Assembly (NCBI GenBank): GCA_965637545.1
Contig: OZ281494.1
Coordinates: 29,512,001 to 29,576,000 of the forward strand
Direction: 5' to 3'
Source: Phallusia mammillata
Taxonomy: Eukaryota
DNA length: 64,000 nt
The notes below the pieces were generated by a model. That model did no database searches, was not told the DNA's origin, and saw only the letters and a program-made list of their open reading frames with translations. Below, one piece after another: positions 30,475 through 43,800 of the stretch; positions within the stretch are counted from its first letter, which is position 1; every line of letters begins with the position of its first letter. The translations under genes and the position numbers were made by a program.

Positions 30475-33400
30475 ATGGCTGAGTTTGCAGCTGCACATAT
30501 GGAAAGACATGGATGGGCAAAAGGTAAGCTTAAAAACTAGCATTTGTGTATAATGCTAGGACACACCCCTTGTTTATTGCATCAGAGTTAATACTATGAA
30601 TATGGGTGTTTTTAATTATTTCATATTTCAAAAACTGTTGATTGAAATTTACAATTCTGTGGGTTTTTTAGTTTTTTGATCAGACTTAATTATCATATTA
30701 ATCACAATTACTACATTTAGAAGTCACTTTTGAACTTTATGTTTCAAAAACAATTACTTTGATGAGGACCAAGGACAGTCAAGCAATACGCTTCGTAGTC
30801 ACACAACTATTGAACCTACTTTTATACTTAAATTTAATTATGCCTTGGTTTCATCATTTCGACAATGTGTTTTAGGCAAAGGCCTTGGCAGAAATGAGAG
30901 TGGAATTAGTGAACCGATTAAAGTTTCAATAAAGGCTGACTCAACTGGAGTAAGTACAGTCAAACTATTACAAAATTATGAAAATGTTAATTTCAAATTC
31001 TATTTTAAGGTTGGTCATGATGCGTCGAAACAATTTACTTTTCATTGGTGGGAGCATGCATTTGAAACAGCCAGCAAAAACATTGAAGTAAAGGAAGAGG
31101 AGGTATGATATTTTGATTAAACTCTGTAACGATTTGCTTTGTAAATTTAATATTGTCTATGATTACAGGATGGTGTTGTCCTTACAGCAGTGGACACATG
31201 TATTACCACTGCCACCAACAAGATCTACAAAAAGTCACTGACTGCAAAAAGTATGCTCTATGGGAGGTTTGTAAAGGTGGGTTAAGTGCAATTTTTTTTT
31301 TTGTATTTCCATGTTTGTATAAACAACAAAGACCTAAGTACGCTTGGACATTGTTATAAGTACTTGCACTTTGATCTTTGCATTAACTTAAGCATTACTG
31401 CCCCGCTTGTATTTCCAATTTAGCGTCTAAAATGAAGGTAGGATACTGGGGATCCCAATAACACTAACTATAAGCCGAACAAGGGTTCCTTACTGAGATC
31501 AACCCTGAAGCAGACCAGCGATCATGACATACTCGTATATATTTCATAGTATGCCAGTCCTATTTAAGGTGTTATACCAAATCAGCAGGAAATCAATAAC
31601 TATATGCGTAATTTTTACCATTGGATCTTAATAAAAAGCTTAAAATTAAAATGTTAAGAAACAAGTTTTTGAATTAAATTTTATCTATGTTTAAAGAGTG
31701 GAATCTTGAACAATGGTCTGATCGAAAAATCAGACAGCAACAATTCATCTGATGAGAGCAGTGATGAAGATGACAGCCACAGACCTTTAACTAAAGATCT
31801 ACAAATGTTAACAGATGAAGATTTGTTTAATGCTTGTGGAGGTCGAACTGCTCACAAGTAGGTTTTTAAATTGTCACAGTATAATTTACCGTTTTAAATT
31901 ATTTAATTTTTTTAACACTATATACTGATCTGTTGATAAGTTCATTGATAAAAATCGAAAATAGATTTGCATGTGTGCGAAGACATCTGCATGTGTGCAG
32001 ATTATAACCATAATGATATACAGCAATTTTGAAAAAAAAGAAACGTTTGAACAATAAAGTTGGTCACTTTTTATGTCTATGAAATTTAAGTGCAAACTTA
32101 GTATTTAAGATTTCAATAGAATTAACGTCTTTCAAATCTTTTTGTGTAGAGGTGCCAGACATGGTATGAAGCTCAGTGGGAAACTAGCAAGGCTTGCTGA
32201 ACAAGAAGTAATGTAACCAATTCTTTTGTTAACAGTATTTATGGGTCCCCTTCCCTGAAGGGGACACATGTTGATTTTACTCGATTTGTTTTTTTCTTTG
32301 CTTTTTTTTCTTCCCTGAAGTTTGTCCACCCCACTTTGCCATGAAATGTTTGATGGATTTCGATGAAACTTTCAGAGATGGTAGATATAGTTATGCAGAT
32401 GTGCCATCTACTTCGTTTGTCTTGATAACCCCAGTATTTACCCCGCTAGACGCCGAAATGTAAAACGTTTTTGTAGGTTGCTGCGCACCACAAACAGAAA
32501 ATTTCTTTGCTGTAATAGTATAATATAGGCAACAGAACACATGGTACTTGTGTTTGTGCAATACTTGGTGGACGGTTTTGCAGTTGACAGTTGGAGGGGT
32601 GTTAACAGCCTTATGACGTCAGATGAGTTAACGAATGTTGATAATGACGCCTCTAGTGGTCAAAATTTTAAACATTAGCCGATTTGGATAAAATTTTACA
32701 GGACTGTTGCTTGGGTCATTGTGGTTTCATATTTTATACTTTTGGGTGTAAAACCCCATCAGTTACCCCACTAACCCCCTAAAAAGGGTGAAATTTTTAA
32801 ACAGTGTTGGAATTAAATGAAATTTGAACAGTTTGCAGAGTTTGTCATTTATAGGTGTCGATTGTTGTGTTTAACCCTGAAGTCCCAATATTTACCCCTC
32901 TTGCCCCCTAAAATGGGTGAATTTTTTAAACAATGTCTGAATTGGATGAAATTTGGACAGCTTATAGAGTGTGCTATTTATAATTGTTGTGTTCAACCCT
33001 GTCTTCCCAACATTTACCCCACTAGCCCCCCAAAATGGGTCCATGTTTTTAACAATGTCTGAATTGAATGACATTGGGATGGTTAGTAGATTATGTCATT
33101 TTTAGGTGTCAATTGTTATGTTTCACCCTATAACTTTAACATCTACCTAACCAGCCCCCTAAAATGGGCGATTTTTTAAAACTGTGTCGGAATTGAATGA
33201 AATTTGGACAGCTTGTAGAATTTGTTATTTATAGGTGTCGATTTTTGTGTTTCACTTTATTTTGCCACTATTTATCCCTTCTTTTCTATAAATAGAGCAC
33301 TAAATAGGACAAACTTCAAACAACGTGTGAATTGAATCAGATTTTCATTGTTAGTACTTTTTAAAGCATGATTATTTAAGCGAAGATCTGACCACAGTTT

Positions 33401-34006
33401 TTCTTAAAACACCAAACTTACTGATGGTTGTCTTTTGAAATGCATAGTTTTTAACTTTGCATGTGTGGGGGACCCATGAGTTTCTGCCTGCAGAAACAAC
33501 TAAGGTTATAAAAGACAGTGGGTGGCATGGGACCCAATATAAAAAAGTGTAGGGAATATATTAACGTTTCAAAATAGGTTATAGTGTATGTGCAATTGAA
33601 ATATGTGCTGAGCCACCCTTCTAGTTTTATCTAACATTGTTTTTCTTTATTGCAGACCAATACCACGGAGGTAAAAATATCTAATAAGCCGAGAAAAAAG
33701 AAGAAGCATAAGGCAATGGAACAGAATTCGAGCGCAAAAGCAACTTGCACTACCAATGACAAATTAACAGTTTCCCAATCTGATATAACAGTTAGAAAAA
33801 AGAAATCTGCAAAAGGAAAAAAGAATAAAAATAAGAATTTGAATAAACTGGAGGGAGAAAGTGCCGAAATTAACTTAAATTGTACAAAGAAGAAGAAAAA
33901 CAAAAGAAAAGCTGACAAACACGAAATTTCAGCAGTGTCCAAGAGGACTGAAAAAGATGTCCCGAAAAAGAAGAAAAAGCGGAAGGGCAAATTGGCTGAA
34001 ACGTAA
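30475..34006 (+). CDS. GPATCH4: G patch domain-containing protein 4
   Basis: Exons 30475-30523, 30876-30949, 31010-31102, 31169-31276, 31697-31857, 32150-32207, 33656-34006. G-patch HGWAKGKGLGRNESGI, FTFHWWEHAF, LTDEDLFNACGGRTAHKGARHGMKLSGKLARL, and a Lys-rich tail. Confidence 0.93.
31398..31532 (+). ncRNA. Candidate box H/ACA snoRNA in GPATCH4 intron 4
   Basis: ~135 nt. Hairpin 1 has CCCC/GGGG, GTATTT/GGATAC and TTTAG/CTAAA stems; H-box-like ATAACA at 31458-31463; hairpin 2 has AGGGTT/AACCCT; ACA at 31527-31529. The lower stem of hairpin 2 is weak. Confidence 0.35.
32239..33624 (+). mobile_element. Non-autonomous Helitron/Helentron-like (HINE/DINE-1-like) element, copy 1
   Basis: 5' end TTATGGGTCCCCTTCCCTGAAGGGGACAC (subterminal hairpin), 3' end ...GCCACCCTTCTAG followed by T, no TSD, and internal ~122-129-bp tandem units at ~32790-33330. 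Second copy at 37240. Confidence 0.65.
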
Positions 34007-34288
34007 AACGTAGCTTTTATGATTCGCCAATAAAAAATTTAGGAGATTGTCATTGTTTCTAAAGAAGGGTGTTGTTCAAAATATTGTCTTAGAAATCAGC
34101 GAAATTAGATTATTCAGTGCGGAACAAAATGTTGCTGAGTCATCGCCACGCTCCAATACGTTTTGAGCGAGCGGTGATTCAGCAAACGCGTGCTTTGGTC
34201 AGCAAGAAATGTAGCTTGGCAAATGGCAACAATGCGATAAGGTGTACTTAATATCGTAACATGCCAAGTAAATGACGACGGCTCTATT

Positions 34289-37200
34289 ATGTGGAAGGAA
34301 TGTGTCCTGCTTTTGGTTATTACACACATATCGACTGGAATAGATCCCCATTCTTCTCAATACTTTTCTTCCATACGGTAGGTTTTTTTCATTAGCATGT
34401 TAATATTTTTTTCACATTTTGATTTCTCACTGCAGGGAAAAGGTGAAGGAGATATTTTACCATGCATACAATGGGTATTTAGATAATGCTTACCCATATG
34501 ACGAGTTACGTCCATTGACATGTGATGGGGTCAACACTTGGGGCAGTTTTTCTCTGACTCTTGTGGATGCATTGGACACATTAGCAGTAAGATTCTCAAA
34601 ATAATGGCTGTGAAACTCTTGTCATAAGCTAAATATATATACAAGCAAAAATTTGGTGTGAAAAAACGTGACTTTTTCTGGTAATATAAACTTTTACTTT
34701 TGTCTTTCAGATTTTGGGAAACTACACTGAATTTAGAAGAGTTGCCAACTTGTTGGTAGACACTTTGGATTTCAATCAAAACATTAATGCATCTGTGTTT
34801 GAAACCAATATAAGAGGTTAATATTGTGGCCACGATATTGTTTGACTTTATTGATCTCCATTGAAAAATGATGGTGCGGTTTGTACTACCGCATTGCTGT
34901 TAGTTTCCATCAAGTTTTAACCACATCAGTTACACTACACCATAAGTTTTGAAAGAGCTTAAAATAGATACTAATGGACAACCAGACATCATAATAGCGG
35001 ACTGTTTGTGAGGATTACACCTATCGCCGACAACCAAACTAGGTAAAAAAAAACAATTAAAAAAATATTATTTTACAGTTGTTGGGGGATTGCTGTCCGC
35101 CCATTTGCTTGCTCCGAAAGCAGGAATGGAAGTAGACCCTGAATGGCCCTGCAAAGGACCATTGTTGACTTTGGCAGTTGACCTGGCAAAAAAGATATTA
35201 CCTGGTATTAGTTTTGTTGTTGTTGTTGCAATGTAATTCACAGCATACAACTGCGATTTTTGTAGTGGATTGTTTGCAAACAAAACAACCTGATTGTATG
35301 TGCAGCATTTGATACACAAACTGGAATGCCTTATGGAACAATCAACCTTAAATACGGTGTTGATCCAAAGGAAACACCTGAAACCTGTACCGCTGGAGTT
35401 GGGACATTTCTTGTAGAATTTGCAGCATTAAGCAGGTTAACTGGTGACCAAAGCTTTGAAAATATTGCTCTTAGGGCTGTACATGCTCTTAACGCATCAA
35501 AGTCAGCTTTAGGTATGGTAAGTGATTTGTATTTTAATTCTTAATCAACTATCCATGATTGTTAGAAAAAGAGTGTTTTGTTCATTTAAGCTTGCTCATG
35601 AGTCTTAAAATTGTGATATCATATAATTATATCTATACAAGACACAATATTTATTTTTTAGAAGACACACATTTTGTGTATTCTCTCCTAAATGTTTATG
35701 TCATAAACATTAAAGTTACAAATGTTCTATTTTGCTATTTGTAAGTGTGTCATAACTGTTCATTTGTTCTGTGTTTTTACTGTCCTAAAACTGTTTTGTT
35801 TGGGCACCTCCACCATATTTTATAGTAGTCACACACTTTTATAGATTGGAAATCATATTAATGTTGTCACTGGAAAGTGGACTGCATTAGATGCTGGTGT
35901 TGGTGCAGGAGTGGACTCATATTATGAATACTTGGTAAAAGGGGCAATTATGCTTAATAAACCTGAACTGATGGACATTTTTAAAGGTAAGTTGCATTTT
36001 GTAAAATTTAGATTTGCCAATGTTAAAATATGGCACAAATGTGGCTAATTTTGAATTCAACATTTTTTATTCATGCCATGTGTTGATATGGATAACTATT
36101 TTAGAATTCCTAAAACCAATTGAGCAACATATTAAACAAGGAGACTGGTACATGTGGGTAAATATGAATACTGGACACACAACAATGCCCGTCCATCAAT
36201 CACTGGATGCATTCTGGCCAGGACTTCAGGTATGAAACATTGCTGATAATACATTGCTACAGAGATTTAGCATTTGGATAGCCTCCGTACTGCTCAAAAT
36301 CAATTTTCCAACCAATTTTTATGCTCTTTATTTTCACTGTCAATCCAGTAAACTGTGTAAACCCAATCAGTATGTTATGTTGATAGTAATCTTTTTTTTT
36401 AAATGATGCAATAAAGATTGTAATAAAGCAATGTTACATCAAATATGACCCAACCAAGTACGTAGTAATGTGTGTGCTCAAACTGTGGGTAACCAGTAGG
36501 CACTAATACCACTTATATTTTTAAAGTTACCCACATACATATATTTTTTTAGACTTTGTATGGTGATGTTGAAAAAGGCTACAAAACCCTACTCAACTAC
36601 TATTCTGTGTGGTATCGATATGGTGGCACCCCAGAATTCTTCAGCATACCTCATAATGCACCTATACAAAAACGTGAAGGTTATCCTTTACGGCCAGGTA
36701 CAGTCTCCTTGTTAGCTGACACCTGTAAATGTTTTGAAATAACGTGTTAAAAAAATCAGATTTGTAGTCTAATTGTAAGTTGGAAGACAGTGTTTTTGTA
36801 AAAAGATTTGTTTTACGATCCCTTGCGGTATGTTTGAAAAACCTTATCCGTAGGTCTACGCGTTATCGTGCACTGTACTACACGCATTTATTATTTACCC
36901 TGATGAAGGCGACATGTATAGGGACATCGAAGCGTCGGTATAAAAATACAATTGCAAGAAGAATTCTATAAATTTTTATCCTTAGGTTTACAAATGTACG
37001 TCCAATCTTATTTTAAACAGCTTTTATGTTAAGTTTGCGTGACCTTACTGGAAATAATTTTTTAGAGCTGATTGAAAGCACTCTGTACATGTACCGGGCA
37101 ACCAAAGACCCAGCACTTCTTGAATTTGGCGAAGCTTTGCTTTATTCCATCAACGCAACTGCTCGAACCGAGTGCGGCTTTGCAACGGTAAATCGATGTA

Positions 37201-39248
37201 CAGTATGGATTTGTATTTACGCGCTAACGTCTGAAATAATTATGGGTCCCCTTCCCTGAAGGGGACACATATTGATTTTACTCGAATTGTTTTGTTTTTT
37301 TTCTTGTTTTTCTTCCTTTTTTTTTCTTCCCAAAGTTTGTCCAACTCGTTTCTCCATCAAATGTTTGATGGATTTGGCTGAAATTTACACAGATGGTAGA
37401 TATAGTTATGTAGATGTGCATCCCACTTTGTTTTTGTTGATAACCCCAGTATTTACCCCGCTAGCCCCGTAAAATGGGTATTTTTCCCCAAAAGTTTGTC
37501 CGACTCGTTTTTCCATCAAATGTTTGATGGATTTAGCTGAAATTTACACAGATGGTAGATATAGTTATGTAGATGTGCATCCCACTTTGTTTTTGTTGAT
37601 AACCCCAGTATTTACCCCGCTCGCCCCCTAAAATGGGTGTGTTTACCCAAAGTTTGTCCGACTCGTTTTTCCATCAAATGTTTGATGGATTTAGCTGAAA
37701 TTTACACAGATGGTAGATATATTCATGTAGATGTGCATCCCACTTTGTTTTTCTTGATAACCCCAGTATTTACCCCGCTAGCCCCCTAAAATGGGTGAGT
37801 TTTCAAACAGTGTCAGAATTGGCTGAAATTTGGATTTCTTGTATAGTATGCCATTTATAGGTGTCGATTGTTGTGTTCAACCCTGTAGTCCTAACATTTA
37901 CCCCACAAGCCCCTAAAGTGTAAAACGTATTTGTATGTTACTGGGCACCACAAACGAAAGATTTCTTTGGAGCAATAGTGTTACAAGGGCAACCAGTTGT
38001 ATGTTGCTCGTTGGTGGGTTGCTTGGTGGTCGTTTTTGCGCCATGGCAGTTAGTGGCTTGTTGACAGCCCTATGACGTCAGAAACAATAACGGTTGTTGC
38101 TCAAAACACCTCTAGTGGTCGAAATTTTAAACATTGGCGGATTGGGCTGAAATTTTGCAGTACTATTGATTGAGTCATTGTGGTTTTTATATATTTTTTA
38201 GTTTGTGTGTCGAACCCAATTAGTTGCCCTACTAGCCCCCTAAAATGGGTCAGTTTGATGAGTTTTTGCCTGCAGAAACGACTAAAGTTATAAAAGACGA
38301 TGGCTAATATGGGACCCAATACAAAATAAGCATAGGAAATATATTTATGTTTTAAAATAGGTTATAGTGTATATGCAAGGGCAATATGTGCTAAGCCACC
38401 CTTCTAGTGTATACCTTGTTTGCCAAACGGTTGTGTGTTGAGTTGCGACTAAACCACGAAGCAATCGTTGGACGCTGAAGTGATTACTTATTCATATAAA
38501 ATTAGCAAGAAACTTGCACGTGCTGACAACGCTAAAATACAATAAAGGTTAAGGATGTACGTGATCACACTCTCGACAATCGTATGGAATCATTTTTTCT
38601 CGCTGAAACCATAAAATACATCTACCTTTTGTTCGACCCTGAGAACGAATTGCTTCAAACTGGCAAGGGCGCCAGCATTCGAAAGATGCCCAACGGAAGA
38701 AAATGTCTTTTTGGCGCAGGTAGGCTACTGCTGGCCTTAATATGCAAATCGCGTTATAAATACATGTAGAAAAAAGATATCGTTTGAAAACCTTGCTTTT
38801 TTATATTTCAGAAAAAAAATAACAATTTTAGCTACATAATAATGTCATTTTTCAGGCTGTTACAGTTTAAGGTTAAGGTGATAAACGTTTTAAATGCCAA
38901 CGCATTTTTGTCTTACTAAATGTTAACAAATGCATTACAACAGGGGGTTACATCTTCAACACAGAGGCTCACCCGATTGACGTCAGCGCATTGCACTGTT
39001 GCGACACCATGCGGAGGGAACAGGAACGCTCAAAAACCTTGCAACTGTTCGAAGAGTTTGATCCAAAACGAGTTTTTGAGATGAACCGTCAAGCTCGGGA
39101 TTCGAACCGCAAACCTCAAACTTACCATGAGGCTGAAGACCCAACGCTGCTAAATAACGCAACTGATCAGAACGTTAGGCTAGGTTGCGAGCCATTGCCC
39201 TATCATATGAAAATGTCAAGGTATGGGCAATTGTTTGTTAATGACTGA
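34289..39248 (+). CDS. EDEM2: ER degradation-enhancing alpha-mannosidase-like protein 2 (GH47), 564 aa
   Basis: 11 exons: 34289-34377, 34436-34586, 34711-34816, 35079-35204, 35306-35517, 35845-35986, 36105-36229, 36553-36697, 37066-37187, 38548-38719, 38944-39248. Total 1695 nt. Signal peptide, [72 protein letters not shown]. Confidence 0.96.
37240..38407 (+). mobile_element. Non-autonomous Helitron/Helentron-like element, copy 2
   Basis: Same termini as 32239-33624. Contains three ~158-bp tandem units (~37330-37800). Lies in EDEM2 intron 9. Confidence 0.65.
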
Positions 39249-39832
39249 GATTTGGGCCGTCTGTAGGCTATATATGCAATTCTGTAGGCCAAGGTAGGTA
39301 GAACTGTTTATTTATGCTGTATTATTTACTCCTTCTGTGACCGTATTTGGATGTTTGGACTGAAACAGACCATCTGTCAAACCGCCATATTGACCTTAAC
39401 AAGATACTTCCGATTCTAGACCCATTTTCCTGATCTACACACGTTTTTTGTGGGTAAACTTATGTGGCTTTGACTTTGTTGGAATTTGGAAACACTTTGC
39501 ACTGATTATGATGTACACAAGAAAGTCGCTGTCGTAAAATTGTACGGTTGCCGGTGCCTTCCGTGTCGCTTTATTGATCGTGCGCGGTGCAATATAAAAC
39601 TATAGCGGCCAGTTTGTGTCTATCGGCAAAGCTTCATGTGTTATGGTCAAGTTGTTAAAACATAGGAGGAAAAATGAAACTACATACAATTTGCTTGTAT
39701 GTGGCAAAACAAGCGGCCCAGTACATAACAGGTTACTCGTTCAAGTATTGGACCTTCGTATTTGTAATTTCAAAGTAACATGTACTCTGCAACATTTTAC
39801 CAACCAACCGAGCAGCTAGAAATTTCCTGGAT

Positions 39833-40160
39833 CAGAGTTGAAGTCGGGCATGGCTCCGGGCTAAGGTTTCTTCAACAAAGGGATTTGATTCGGGCCTGAC
39901 TTTACACTTTGTGTCAGTATTCTTTTAAATAAATTTAACTGGCTAAGTAGCTAGTTGCTGGACTTGACCTAATGTCAAACAGCCTTCAGTAGCCTTGTTT
40001 AAGACCAATTGACTATTGTGTTGGTTGTCTTGGTCTTTCTCGGTGAGGCTTTAAAATATAGGCCTGTCAATCAAACTTTTATGCCTAAACGGGCTTCTTA
40101 AAAACGATTCGGGTTCGGGTCAGGTTTCGGGCTCCTATTTCAGGCCCGTTTACAACTCTG
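39833..40160. mobile_element. Older hAT-type MITE, CAGAGTTG family
   Basis: Ends CAGAGTTG.../...CAACTCTG; flanks TCCTGGAT and CCCTGAAT (6/8 TSD match). Confidence 0.6.
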
Positions 40161-40829
40161 CCCTGAATAACCCAGTATAAACCATTAGTCATGGAATTGT
40201 GCCATTGTTAAAAGTATGTGCAAATTCGCTGCAAACGGTGGTAGCAAATGTTAAACACAAACATGGATTTAGTCAGGGATTAGTAGAGCCACTTGTGAAT
40301 CTTTCTGCGCTGGATGTTACTGGAAATGTTTGCTGTCTGTCTAACTGACTTGCAGTTTATAGCTTCGTTGCACCTCAAGTTTGTAGGCCTACCCCTGTAG
40401 TGTTGGTACTTGTTTATAGCAAACAGGGCTTTAAATCAAAGACAAATTTATTTTCAGTATTTTAACCTTTGGCGATATATACAGTTAACGAGGATAACAC
40501 TCTACAACGGAAAAAATCTTTAATAGGCTGTTTTTGCTTTCAGAAAAACATAGTGCAATGCTTTTTGACTAGTAACACTAGAAATTGGGTACTCTTAGAC
40601 CTAAATGTTGAATAAGAACCCGACCATACGATTATTTGCAGCCAATAAGTACACAAAAACATACATGCCAAGACTTTTGTTAAGTTAGGCGGTTTATCAT
40701 CCTTCTCGGTATTGTCGCAGATAAATAAAATCAAACTTAACTTGTTTTAAATGTTTTTTGCGGTTGCTAAAACTTTTCATTATATATTTATGCAATATAT
40801 ACATATATAAATAAGTTAGTTCCTGATTG

Positions 40830-43800
40830 TTAGTAAGGCAAAATTTCATCTTCTTTTTCAATGCAATCATCGTTCGTTTGATTGCCGACGTCGTTCGTTT
40901 TCAGATCACCAGTGCGTCTTCTTCTAGCCAGCACAGTCTCCTTGGAAACCGTCCTCAGGTCCCAGGCAAGTCCCAGCTTTTCCATAAGCTCGATAAAATA
41001 TGTGGTGAAGCAAATTGCTAGACCGTACTCGTTAGATCGGTAATCTTGCGGGAACACGTGATGGTAGTTATGAAAACCTTCGCCTTTAAAGAAACAGTAG
41101 AAAATTCTCTTGTGTCTAGTTTGCGCCCAACAATCAACATAGCTCACAACAAAACATTAATTAAGGCTACGCTATAGGAAAAGCTCGAACAGTGTTGATG
41201 TGATATCTCAAACCAGGTAAGTTTAAATTTTCCGAAGATAACCAAGATGTTGCGTGTTTTGGGTGTTGCAAGCAGTATTTTGTGAGCGTGTGCAATAAGC
41301 TTCTAGTAACAAGCTAGAAGTAGCCTATACAAAACAGTAATATTGTAACCAAGTGGTCCGAACTCTACGTTTTTTCCGAATTAAACCCTAAAGTTGGTAA
41401 AATCGAGTTTGTTCTCAGGTTCGAATTAAGCCTGATTTAATTCCAAACCCTTTGGATAAATTGGTCGAATAGGATTGTAAAAAAACTAATAAAGTTTTGA
41501 CCACAGCACAGGCATACTTACCCATGGTGCAAACGGTAACAAACATGGAGTTAGACGAACTTATTGTCGTGTCGATGGGCCTGTAACCGTACGAATGTGC
41601 CACGCTGTTCACGAAAAAGGTAAAATGAACCGACAACAGGTGACGAAACATTCCAACAGTGAACGATGCCATAGCTGACTCAGCAAAAAAGTACCACGTG
41701 ATAAATGGGGCAAAGAAGAATGCCAAAAGGGGCGCCGCAATGTCGTAATATCTTTAAAAATAAATAAAGCCCATAAAAGCAATTGGCCAATAACAAATGT
41801 ACACAGCAGACAGTGTACACTGTTTCGACCTATAAAGTATCATCAGTACTAGCCAATACAGCCGGTCTTTCGCCACCAGCTGCACTGACGAAACAGCTCA
41901 AACAAAGGCTGTTTTTTTGGAAAGGTGCATTTAGGCTACATATCATGAGTGTTATATTTAAACAGGATATTTTGGTATGTCGCTCAAAAATAATACAAAC
42001 TACAAAGCGACCAACCACAAGGACTACCAAATCAGCGTGGCAGGCGGAAAGTGGATGTCAAACCAGTAAAGAGATTTAATGCAACTTTACTGTAACATTT
42101 GATCTTTGCACAATTCAAATCTATGTCGGCGCTTTTTTTGCATGTGCTATTGTGTGTGATCCACAAGCGAGTAATCCTACTTACCTTTTTTGAAACATCA
42201 CCACCGGATTGGAGCGCATGTCACTAAGGTCTATTTTCTCCCCCTTCTCGATAACCTGAGGCAACCTGGGCATGAAAGCCCAACCCAAATGAGTAAAGAA
42301 GAATCCACGCCGAGCATCATGTGGATCAGCGTCCGTGTCGACGTATTTGTGGTGAACACGGTGGTCACGAACCCATGTGTAAATTGGGTTCTGTAGTACA
42401 ATAAATAGTTAGCTTGATAATATGCAATAAAGACATATTTATAGCGGGTCTGAATAGGGGCCTGAACTTGAAGGTACAAGCCACAACAAAAAGGAATTTT
42501 AAGTTAGTTTTATTCAAATTTCAGCTCCAATCCGACGCAGAGTTGCAAGTCGGGCCGGGCTTTTCGGGCCGGGTTCGGGTTCGGGCCGGGTTCGGGCCGG
42601 GTTCGGGCTTAGGTATTTGTCAGAAAACGGGCTCAAAACGGGCCTGACTTTACGTTCCGTTTCCGTCATTTTTTAGTAACAATTCTCTCGCTTTGATCGA
42701 ATGCCCACCCTGGTCTAAAACGTATTGTTTACCCCATTGTCTACTATTGTTCATTGTGTTTGTTGTCTTTTCTCTTTTTTTCTTTCTCATACTTTGTTGC
42801 AAGGCTTTCGTGGATAGACCTGTCAATCAAAATTTCGGGCCTAAACGGGCTTCTCAAAAACGTTTCGGGTTCGGGTCGGGCTTCGGGCTTATACTTTCGG
42901 GTTCGGGCCGGGTTCGGGCTCAGATTTCGGGCCCGCTTGCAACTCTGATCCGACGTACTTGCAACTCTGTATTAAAGCAACTCTTACACTTTTCATTTCT
43001 TAAGTTTTGTTCAACATTGGCCTGTCGCACTTATTGGTAACAATGTGATATCTTCAGTTAGTTGCCCAAATAAATTTAAATGTTCAGAAACGGTTAGTGT
43101 TTCACATCTTTAAGTCATGTTGTGGGTCACAATCCCATTTTAATAAACATTTAAGCCTTAAATTAAAAAAACAAACATGGGAACCACAGTGTTAAAATGA
43201 GCTAACGTCAGTAAAACATTTCGACCTAATTATTCGTAAGTTGAAACCAGTTTTTTTTTACACGCAACAAAGGTAGGCTACTTACTAAAATGGCCATCGG
43301 TTTATTGTAATTTACCTGCCTGGCGGCGGTCTGAGCCACGGCTAAGAATATTTGCAGTGGCATGGATGCTTTGTAAGAACGGTGAGACCATAGACGATGT
43401 ACTCCTGCCATTGTACCAAGCTGAACATATTCCAGGAATATAAGATCTGCGTAAGAAAAACGTATAAGTTTAAAAAAACAGGAATACTGCTCTAGAAAGA
43501 TTCAAAACGTCTAGTGATTTTTAATACATGTAAAACGTTCAAGACAATCGTAATGCTGTATTTAGCATGACATACAATAAACTGTCTATGTAGTTTTACC
43601 GTTTTTAACAATTTGCAATATAGTTTGATTAATGTGGTTCAACATAATAACATAAACTGACAAAGTTCCAAATAAGCCCCATAAAGATAAGTTATTACTT
43701 CAAAAACTGATTTTCAAATTATTTAAATAATTTTGCAATCTATAAGTTGCACTTACTGAATAGCAGAGTCTTCCAATTGCACTGAAACATCTGGAAGATT

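Noticed and set aside
33494-33504. Possible 11-nt GPATCH4 micro-exon (CCTGCAG|AAACAACTAAG|GTTATA)
   Set aside because: It lies within the Helentron-like repeat (homolog at ~38275) and would shift the frame.
33631-33990. 119-aa hydrophobic minus-strand ORF
   Set aside because: Antisense shadow of the Lys-rich GPATCH4 last exon.
42414-43040. ORFs with GSGRVRA-type repeats (also 55021-55278)
   Set aside because: Translations of the TTCGGG/CCCGAA-rich MITE.
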